Assembly: GCF_963921235.1 (NCBI RefSeq)
Contig: NC_086097.1
Coordinates: 79,858,001-79,922,000 of the forward strand
Direction: 5' to 3'
Source: Mobula hypostoma
Lineage: Eukaryota
DNA length: 64,000 nucleotides
Made by a program: the position numbers and the translations under genes. Position 1 is the stretch's first letter. Each line of letters begins with the position of its first letter. Below, piece by piece: positions 50,788-59,942 of this stretch. The notes under the pieces were generated by a model. The model made no database searches. It was not told the DNA's origin and worked only from the letters and a program-made list of their open reading frames with translations.

Positions 50788-51304
50788 CATTTTGAAATCT
50801 GAAAGTACTTTAAGGCAATTACCACCATTTGCAATAGATTGATTTTACTTCTCTTAATACTAACAAAATAAATGCATAAATCTAGAGTTCACAACTGATC
50901 CTGTTGTTTCTGGAGATGGGCATGAATCTATAACTCAAATATATTTTTCAATTAGCTCATCTGAAAAGAAAGCACTGTCATAGTTTTCTTTTCAATGCAC
51001 AAGAATAACCAACATCAAATAGGTATATATTGGTACTACATGACACAAGGGATTCAGTTCTTCATGCTTCATGCGATTATGTAATTATAGTGCATCTTCC
51101 TTGATTTTCCGGATATCCTGGCACAGTTTAACCCTGAACTAATATTCCTTTTAGAATTATCACTGAGTCTTCTTTCTCTGCTGATTTTCCGGTAGGTTCC
51201 AGAATGCAATAAACAGGAATTCTGCAGATGCTGGAAATTCAAGCAACATACATCAAAGTTGCTGGTGAACGCAGCAGGCCAAGCAGCATCTATAGGAAGA
51301 GGCG

Positions 51305-51342
51305 CAGTCGACGTTTCAGGCCGAGACCCTTCGTCAGGACTA
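51305..51342 (-). ncRNA. Minimal type I hammerhead ribozyme motif
   Basis: Exact reverse complement of 51670-51707. Confidence 0.78.
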
Positions 51343-51669
51343 ACTGAAGGAAGAGTGAGTAAGGGATTTGAAAGCTGGAGGGGGAGGGGGAGATGCAAAA
51401 TGATAGGAGAAGACAGGAGGGGGAGGGATAGAGCCGAGAGCTGGACAGGTGATAGGCAAAAGGGGATACGAGAGGACCATCCTCTGGGTCACCCCCCCCC
51501 GCCTTGTCTTTCTTCCCGGACCTCCTGTCCCATGATCCTCTCGTATCCCCTTTTGCCTATCACCTGTCCAGCTCTCGGCTCTATCCCTCCCCCTCCTGTC
51601 TTCTCCTATCATTTTGGATCTCCCCCTCCCCCTCCAACTTTCAAATCCCTTACTCACTCTTCCTTCAGT

Positions 51670-51707
51670 TAGTCCTGACGAAGGGTCTCGGCCTGAAACG
51701 TCGACTG
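51670..51707 (+). ncRNA. Minimal type I hammerhead ribozyme motif
   Basis: TAGTC-CTGACGA-AGGGTCTCGGCCT-GAAAC-GTC-GACTG; predicted cleavage after 51702. Confidence 0.78.
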
Positions 51708-52554
51708 CGCCTCTTCCTATAGATGCTGCTTGGCCTGCTGCGTTCACCAGCAACTTTGATGTATGTTTCCAGAATGCAATAGTTGGTTTCACAATTTGTT
51801 CCACAATCTTATTAAACTAGTGTTTTCTGCATATCAACCCTAACAGTTGCAGTAAGTATGCATGACTATGGATTCATTTAATTAATGTTCTCTTAGTTTT
51901 CTGTCTTTTAAGTATTAACAAACTCAGTATTTCCAATTTCTCAATCTATTTAAGTCCCATATCATTGGTTCCACTCTAGTAATTCTGCTTTTGCAACATC
52001 TTCAAGGCCTTGACATTCTTCCTAGCACATAGTCATAGTACTCACTATTAATGACCCCAGCTGGGGCCTTACCATTATTTTATAAAGGTTAACCTGGTTG
52101 CTGTTCTATGTTCCCACAGAGTATTTTTTTCAAAAACAGCTTTCATAAAGCCTTCAAATAATCATGCATGTACATTCCCACAGTTCCTATATGCCTCTTA
52201 AAATTATTCATTTTTTCTTCTCATTTGTACACTCTATGTTCCTTGACAGTCTCTCTCTGCTTTTATTTTCTACAAGTTATTAACTTAACATTTCGTGACA
52301 CCTAAACAGAAGTGAAGGCAAGACTATTGAAATGCACTCTCTTGTTAACAAAAGAATATAAAAAAGAACTAGGTGCAGAGGGAAAAAGAAATATTTTTAA
52401 AATAGCTGACCAAAGAACTGAAAAAATCCTAGTATATTGCATTTACTATTCAGGCTCAGAATGCACAATTTGAGTTTTAAAAGATTCATTTAGAACATTT
52501 ATTAAAAAGTGGTTAAAACTAATTCCACAACTTTTTAATTCATGGATTCTGCAA

Positions 52555-53480
52555 TGAAAACAACAGGGAATATTCAGCAGGGTCAGGCAGCATCCATAGA
52601 CAGAGAAACCGATTCAGCATCTCAGGCTGATACTTCATCATATTACATCTCAGAAATAGTAGAGGGGAGATAGGCACAATTTGTAGTGTTGTATGTTGCA
52701 AGTCGGTGGAGAAAACTTGTTAATTGCAGCTGATCTATCTGGAGGAGATGTAAATAGACGGAGATAATGAGAAGTTCGAAAACCCATAATGCTTTTAGTG
52801 AAAGAAACAAACTACAGTTCCAAAAATTTGAATATTCAGCACATTATGCACCATGCAAGGAGAGAGAAAAAGAAAGTTAATGTTAAATGTTAAGAGAATT
52901 GCATCAGAATTAAACAGTTGAGTGTTGCAACACACCCTTGCTTTTAGTCTTCAATGGAAAAGTGTAAGGGATCAAAGACTAAAAGGTTAGAGTTAGAGGA
53001 GGATGAAAAATAAAAGTGACAGAATCAGAGGCAGGATCAGGGTATGCAGGCAGAATGAACAGAAAGATTCTGCATCACTAAATATATTTGGTTTCCCCAA
53101 GTCAAAAACGACCTTATTGTGAGCACCAAATACACAGTATTTTAAATTGGAAGTAGTACAGCACATCACTGTTTCAACATGAAAGGGATGTGTGGGCCTA
53201 GGATGATGTAAACTGATAGGTAAAAGGGCATGTTCTGCATTTCCTGTGGTTAGATTGAGAAACATCATGAGAAGGGGAACAGGCATTGGTGGTGGTGGAA
53301 GAGTAAACCAGGGAGCTACATAGGACCAGTATCTGCAATGTTGAAGAGACAGGGGAAAAGATGACTGATGTTATAATAACATTGAAGAGAATGAAAATAA
53401 CCTAAGGAGATTGACTGAGATAGAAGCTGGCGAGCTAGAAGGTGATGATAAGAATAAACCTGTCATTGCTTTGGGAAAGT
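52555..53480 (-). mobile_element. Very old Penelope-like remnants
   Basis: CAGCAGGGTCAGGCAGCATCCATAG terminus; degenerate CTTSNLKYCV GIY-YIG-like coding. Confidence 0.45.
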
Positions 53481-53529
53481 AAAGGAGTGACAACAAAAAG
53501 GGAAAAAAAAGAACTCATGCCATTTTTGA

Positions 53530-54340
53530 ATGTATTATACTTGAACTATTATGCTATAACGAAGGATGCCATGAGATGGAAAGGGTGTAAAAAAGATTCA
53601 CAAGAATGTTATTGGGCCTAGAGGGGTTGAGTTAAAAGGAAGCTGAATAGGCTGGGATTTCTTTCTCTGGAACATTGAAGGCTGAGGTATTTTATTTTAT
53701 TTAGAGTTACAGCCCTTCGAGCCGCACCACTTAGCAAGTCTCGACAACCCCTGATTTAATCCTAACCTAATCATGGAACATTTACAATGACCAAGTAGCC
53801 TACTAACCGGTACAACTTTGGACTGTAGGAGGAAACTGGAACACCCAGAGAAAACCCACACATTCCACAGAGAGGACATAGAAACTCTTTACAAACGACG
53901 GCAGAATTGAACTCTAAACTCTGACACCCTAGGCTGTAATAGTGTCACTGTAACCACAACACTATTGTAGCACCCTCAGAGGTATATAAAATCATGATGA
54001 GTATAGATGAGGTGGATGGTTACAGTCTTTCTCTCAGGGTAGGGGAGCCTAAAACTAGAAAATAAAGATCTAAGGTGAGAGGGGAACGATTTCAAAGAGG
54101 CCTGCGGGGCAACATGTTACACAACAGGTAATGGGTATTTGGAGCAAACTGCAGAGGAAGCTGTAGAGATGATTATGATTACCATGTTTAAAAGGCATAC
54201 AGACAAATACATGAATAGAAAAGAGAAATATGGGCCAAATGCAGGCTAGTGAGACAAGCTTGGATAGACATCTTAGTTGGCTTGGATGAGTTGAGCTGAA
54301 TGGCCTGTTTGTGTGCTGTATAACTTAATGACTCTATGAC
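53530..54340 (+). mobile_element. CR1 3' fragment containing a minus-strand V-SINE-like insertion (~53693-53975)
   Basis: RFTRMLLGLEGLS...; resumes AGAGGTATATAAAATCATG; tail ACTCTATGAC. Confidence 0.75.
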
Positions 54341-56029
54341 AACCAAGGCTGTATCAATACTAGGAAACAAAAATAAGGTGGGGGGGAAAAAAGATGTCAG
54401 CACTAAAGTGTCATCATTAGAACATCTATGACGGACCCAGAAAACTGTGATAATGTAATGCAGTGCATATAGGAAGCAGGGTGAGAGGAAATGCAGTCAA
54501 GTTATGGAAGTATTGCAATGGATGTTGGTTGCTAATCCAAGATAGAGGCAAATGATTCTTAAAAGGGAAGGGAAGAGTCAGACATGAGAATGAGAGTATG
54601 GTGGAAAGTATTAGCAGAGGTGATGAAATTTTCACATTTTGTATGTGAGCAGGAAGAAGCAGCTAGACAGTTCAGAGGTAGTTATTCACCATAAGGAACA
54701 AACATTTCATTCCCACCATGAAGCTATAGCTACTGCATCATATACTGTGTCTGCTGTACTACATAAAATACCTGCAACAAAAGCACCAATAGATCTTGAA
54801 GCTAATGCATGTAATTGGGAATTAGAATGCTCACCTGTATATTCAAATCCACCTATGGTTTGCTCCTCCTTATTGCTTTGACCTCCTGCCCTGAAATTCT
54901 CCAATTCTACATATACTAGATACTACTTATGCTACTATAATTTCACATAGGTCTTAAGCCTTCAGTCCATAAATCTCTTCCTTCTTCTATTTTCAGTGTT
55001 GGCCATGGTTCATCTGTTTGGAACATCACCACTACTAGAAGCTACTACAGAGGTCTGAGCACAACATCTAGGCTGACATTTACAATGCACTGATAGGAAT
55101 ATAGGCTACATTAAACTAAGGCTTCATTTTCCTGGTCAAGTGGACAAAACATCTGACAACATAATTTAAAAACTAACAAGAGATTTATTCCTTGTGTTAT
55201 GGCCAACATTTCCCCCTCTTTAGGAGCAAATCAATTGCCCTTCTTCCTATTTAAGAGCAGTTAATATGCTTCAAAACATTATTGACTAAAAGAAACTTCG
55301 GTAATTCTATGGTACACAAATGATGTTATAATATGCATTCCCTTTCTTCAGAAAAACAAACAGCTGAGCTTTCTTAACAAAGATCCTTTGGTTTCAATGG
55401 TTTAGCATCAATGTCACTATAACTGATCACTGAAGCTTTCCATTACATTTCCCACTTGTGATGATATCACTCTGGGACAATTAATATGACTGAATAAAAA
55501 TATCAAATAAATAATTATTATATATGTTCTGGAAGTTTTTATTAAATGAATGCAAATTTATTATTGTGCAATATTGAACAAATTGGGTACCAATCAGAAT
55601 AAGCAAGAAGAGGGCCATCTTTCTGGGCTGAAAGAAAGTGTTCAACGAAGCAGTTACCCAATTTGTTGCTGATTTCTTTAATTTGGCATTAACCAAATGT
55701 AATGAGTGCACTTTCAGAAGTGAGGCACTATTTCACCTGGAAGAATTATTTAGGGGTTTCTGAATGATAGGAAGGGAAAAAGTTAAATCACAAGCATTGC
55801 AATTTTTGCAGTTGTGAGGGAAGTTACCATGTAAAAGAAAGTAGGGGTTGGCGGAGATGAAAGTGTAAATCAGGGAACTGTGGAATGTACAGTTTACTTA
55901 ATACTGAAAGGGAAGGAAAAATACAGGTTAAAAATAGTAGAGGGACTTACTGCTGGCTGTGGATGGAATAACAGCATTTTATAGCTGCTCCTAGTTTACT
56001 TTTTTTGCTTTCCAACCTGATTTGATACT

Positions 56030-56869
56030 ATGACTACAAGAACTGCTAAAGGTAAAAAAGATTCTTCTACATTTTTGGATACTATTATCAAATTGCTGCA
56101 AAAGCACAGAAAAGAAGCGTCCGAGGAATTTCTGCGATTCAGAAAAGAATCCTCCAAGGAATTTCAGGGATTTAGAAAGGAATCCTCCAAAGAGTTTCAA
56201 CAACTTGGCTCTGAAATTAAACAATTAAGTACAAAACTGAATTCTATTCAAGAAACCTTAACTGAGCACGATAAACGAATCAAAGAGAATGAAGAAGTCC
56301 TGTCGATTCTGGATGAGAAAATGGACGACTTGCAAGAGCGTTATGAAAAACAATCCAAGGATAATGATGAACTAAGACAGAAGATTACTGATGTAGAAAA
56401 CAGAAGTAGAAGGAATAAAGTACGAATTCTTGGTCTCGAAGAGTTAACTAAAGGTGATCATCCTACGGAATTTTTTGCAAACTTTTTGGTTCGGTTATTT
56501 CCTCATATTTTAAAATCGGCACCAATGATCAACCAAGCGCACAGAGTACCTGGGAACAGGACATTTGCAAGCAAACCTCGTTCAGTAATAATCTGTTTTC
56601 ATGAGTTTCAAACAAAGGACCGTATAATTCGTGAATCTTGTCGGAAAGGTATGATTGATTATAATGGTAAGAAGATTAGAATTGTTGAAGATTTCTCGGC
56701 AGAGATCATGACGGAGCATGCTAAGTTTAAAAGTGTCATGCTAGAGCTTGACAACAAGGATTTTAAACCTTGGTATCCAGTGAAGCTCAGAATTACACTG
56801 CAGGATGGATTGCCGAAATGGTTCCGTTCAAGTCTCCAGGCCCAGAAATTTTTAGAGTCAGTAAAGTGA
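56030..56869 (+). CDS. L1 ORF1p (coiled coil, RRM, CTD)
   Basis: 279-aa open frame; ENRSRRNKVRILGLEE, AHRV, PRSVII, IRIVEDFS, YPVKLRI. Confidence 0.88.
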   Translation: MTTRTAKGKKDSSTFLDTIIKLLQKHRKEASEEFLRFRKESSKEFQGFRKESSKEFQQLGSEIKQLSTKLNSIQETLTEHDKRIKENEEVLSILDEKMDDLQERYEKQSKDNDELRQKITDVENRSRRNKVRILGLEELTKGDHPTEFFANFLVRLFPHILKSAPMINQAHRVPGNRTFASKPRSVIICFHEFQTKDRIIRESCRKGMIDYNGKKIRIVEDFSAEIMTEHAKFKSVMLELDNKDFKPWYPVKLRITLQDGLPKWFRSSLQAQKFLESVK

Positions 56870-57506
56870 TTGCTTATTATCTGTTACATGAATAACTGTC
56901 TATTTTACCTTTGCTAAACTTGGTACTCAACTCTTTCTTTTTGAACTTCTTATGGATTTATTTTGAGAATAAGATTTTAATGTGCTAATACTTTGTCTGC
57001 TAAGTTTAGAAGTGTCATGTTGGAGCTGTTTAACAAAAACTTACATGAATAATTGTGTATTTTGCCTCTGATGAATCTTGTAGTCAATCTTCTATTTGAA
57101 CCTTTCAAGGTTTTACTTTGAGAATAAGATTTTAATGAGCTAATATTCTGTGTGTCCATATTATTTTATATTACACTTACTTTTCTAGAGATCTTGATAT
57201 CAGAATTAACTGTTTCTTTATTATCTGTTGTTCTGACTAGGTTGCAATATTTCCAACTTTGAAATTTATTTGGAGCTAAGCCAGCAGGATTTTTAGGGGG
57301 ATGTTGCTATTAGTTGTAGGCGTCGACTTTCTTTGGTCGACTTTCTCTCTTTGGGAGGGGGGAGGGTGGTTGGGTTTTATTTCTTGGAAGCCCTTTGGGA
57401 TTCTTAGTCAAACCTTTTTTTTGTGTCCTTATCTCATAGATCATTGTTTAGTTTTGTTAATCTTCTTAAGGATTATCCTTTAACTTTTCTTTTAAATATA
57501 AATAAA

Positions 57507-58913
57507 ATGGATTATAGTATTAATTTACTTAGTCTTAACATGAAAGGATTAAGTCACCCTTTGAAACGAAATAAGATTTTTGCCTATATTAAAAAACTTA
57601 AGGCAACATGCTGGAGGAACTCAGTAGGTTGGGCAGCATCCGTGGAAACTACCAGTCAATGTTTCGGGCCGGAACCCTTTGTCAGGACCCTTCCGGCCCA
57701 AAACGTTGAATGATCGTTTCCACGGATGCAGCCCGACCTGCTGAGTTCCTCCAGTGTGTTGTGAATGTTACTTTGACCCCAGCATCTGCAGAGTATTTTG
57801 TGTCTAAAAAAATTAAGGTCCCAATTATTTTTTTTACAAGAAACCCACGTATGCAATTCTAATAATTCACGCTTTTTTAGCCAATGGAGAGGATTACACT
57901 TGTGTTTTCGGGCCAAATCGAGAGGAGTTTCAATTTTTATAGAAAATACAGTTCCCTTTGTTCAACATAAGGTTGTTTCTGATACTAATGGGCGATTTGT
58001 TATAGTATCAGGGAAATTAGAGAATAAATTGTTGGTATTTGCTAATGTTTATGCTCCAGATATAGACGATTCAGGATTCTTTGAGCATTTTTTTTTTCCG
58101 TTTCTGCCTGATCTGAGTTTGTACTCATTGGTGATGGCAGGAGAATTTAATTGCTGATTAGATCCAGTTTTAGATCGGTCTTCTTTTAAACCAGTGACAC
58201 TTAATAAATCAGCCTTGTTTATTCACTCATTTCTAATGAAATGTGGTATTGTTGATATATGGCATTTCTTACACCCAGCCGATAGAGAATACTCGTTTTT
58301 CTCTCACGTTCATCACACGTATTCCAGAATTGACTATTTTTTTTATAGATAACCAAATGATTCCATTAGTTCGATCTTGTGAATATAAAGAGCTTGCTAT
58401 TCCTGTCCATGCTCCTGTGCTTTTATCCATCAATCTTCCTGGTTTTCCTCAAACAGATTCTGGTGTTTTAATTTAACTTTGTTATCTGACAATTATTTCT
58501 TAAGGTTCTTGGAGAGGCAACTTACTCTCTTTTTTGAAGAGAATACAGTGGAGGAGACTTCTATCCTTGTCATATGGGATGCCTTTAAAGCATATATTAG
58601 AGGACAAATCATTTCTTATACCGCAAGTGTTAAGGAAAAAGCTAATAAAGAGAGAATTAATTTAGCCAATCAGCTGAAACAATTAGATGAAGAACATGCT
58701 TTGTCTTCAGATCCTGTTTTATATAAAAGATGGGTTGAAATTAAAACTAAATATGATTTTTTCTTAATATATCCTATTGAAACTCAACTTCTAAAGGATA
58801 AAAGTCAATTTTATATTCATGGAGATAAAACAGGTAAATTATTGGCTAACCAATTAAAACTTCTAGTGCTAAAGGACAGATTAAAGAAATTTATAAAGTT
58901 AACGGTATTAGGA
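57507..58913 (+). pseudogene. L1 ORF2 N-terminal part (endonuclease and linker), disrupted
   Basis: Homologous to the ORF2 at 2-3169; stops, frameshifts and insertions. Confidence 0.88.
57604..57804. mobile_element. Older fold-back Penelope-terminus element inserted in L1 ORF2
   Basis: Imperfect ~70-bp arms, tail on the right; 14-bp TSD TAAAAAA(C/A)TTAAGG at 57590-57603 and 57805-57818; degenerate hammerhead CTGACAA..GAAAC on the minus strand. Confidence 0.85.
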
Positions 58914-59843
58914 TGTGACAAAAGAGGGTTACAAAGAGTACACATAGATTAAGATGTTAACTGTCCTGTGCTGGCACCAGTGGGATCAACAGTTGACCTG
59001 CCACCTGTCTTCAGGAGAAAGAGAGATAAGGAAGACAATGGAGCAGCATTTGAAAATGTTAATGAAGAGACGGTAGAGTTTAACGGAAGGAGACACGGTC
59101 TGAGAGCTGTCAAGATCGGCTCCTTTTTGAACCCTGAACTGTTTGAAATGTGATGGACAGGTGATACCCCAGCAGGGGGATAAAAAGGGACAGGTTCGCT
59201 AAGGCAGGGCACACACGACACCCCGAGGTAACGAGACCCTGGAAGCGATGCGTCTCCCACAAGTCGGTGGGAGTTTTTGGAGGGCTGGTCGCGGGACCAA
59301 GCCGTAGACGCACAGGGTGGAAAGGTACGATCGGCAGGAATCTGGTGTGTGTCTGCCCTTGCCTGGGTGCCAGGTTCACTGCAGAGGAACGATCATATCT
59401 GAAACGGAGGGGTCACAGTCGGTGACCTCAGAAGACATTACAAAGGGCTCGCCCGAAAGCTGACTGCGAAGAATATCGAAGGTCTGTGTGGAAGCCATTT
59501 TGAATATTCATTCGCTTTCACTCTCTCTCTCTCCTTCCCCCCTCTGTCCACCGCCACGGCAGTGATTACTGTGAACTGAACTGAACTCAATTGAACTGAA
59601 GTTTGCGTCACTTTGAAACTGGTCATTTACCCCTAGACGACGATAGAGCTTGATTGATCCTGTTATCCTAGTTCTGTGTACATGTGTGTTTATCATTGCT
59701 GAACTGTTGCATTTATTATCCTTTTGATTAGAGTACTGTATTGCTTATTTCTTTAATAAAACTTTCTTATTTCCAGTAATCCAGACTCCAACTGAGTAAT
59801 CCATTTCTGCTGGTTTGGCAACCCAGTTACAGGGTACGTAACG
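58914..59843 (+). repeat. 5' LTR (930 bp)
   Basis: TGT...AACG (terminal CA mutated to CG); AATAAA at 59755; direct repeat of 63076-63980. Confidence 0.95.
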
Positions 59844-59847
59844 TAAG

Positions 59848-59866
59848 TGGGGTTCTCGTCCGCGAT
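59848..59866 (+). promoter_or_regulatory. Primer-binding site, tRNA-Pro-like
   Basis: TGGGGTTCTCGTCCGCGAT versus the canonical tRNA-Pro PBS TGGGGGCTCGTCCGGGAT; 4 nt downstream of the LTR. Confidence 0.75.
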
Positions 59867-59942
59867 TTCGAACGCTAAATTTGGGACAGAGTAAATTGAT
59901 TGGGTTAAAATTCCCGAAAGAAAGAAAAGGCAAACAGCAGAA

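Larger units (their letters stand above)
51212..51766. mobile_element. ORF-less fold-back Penelope-terminus element with an intact hammerhead in each arm
   Basis: 236-bp arms 51245-51480 and 51532-51767 (3 mismatches), 51-nt loop, one-sided tail; 15-bp TSD TTCCAGAATGCAATA at 51197-51211 and 51767-51781. Confidence 0.95.
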
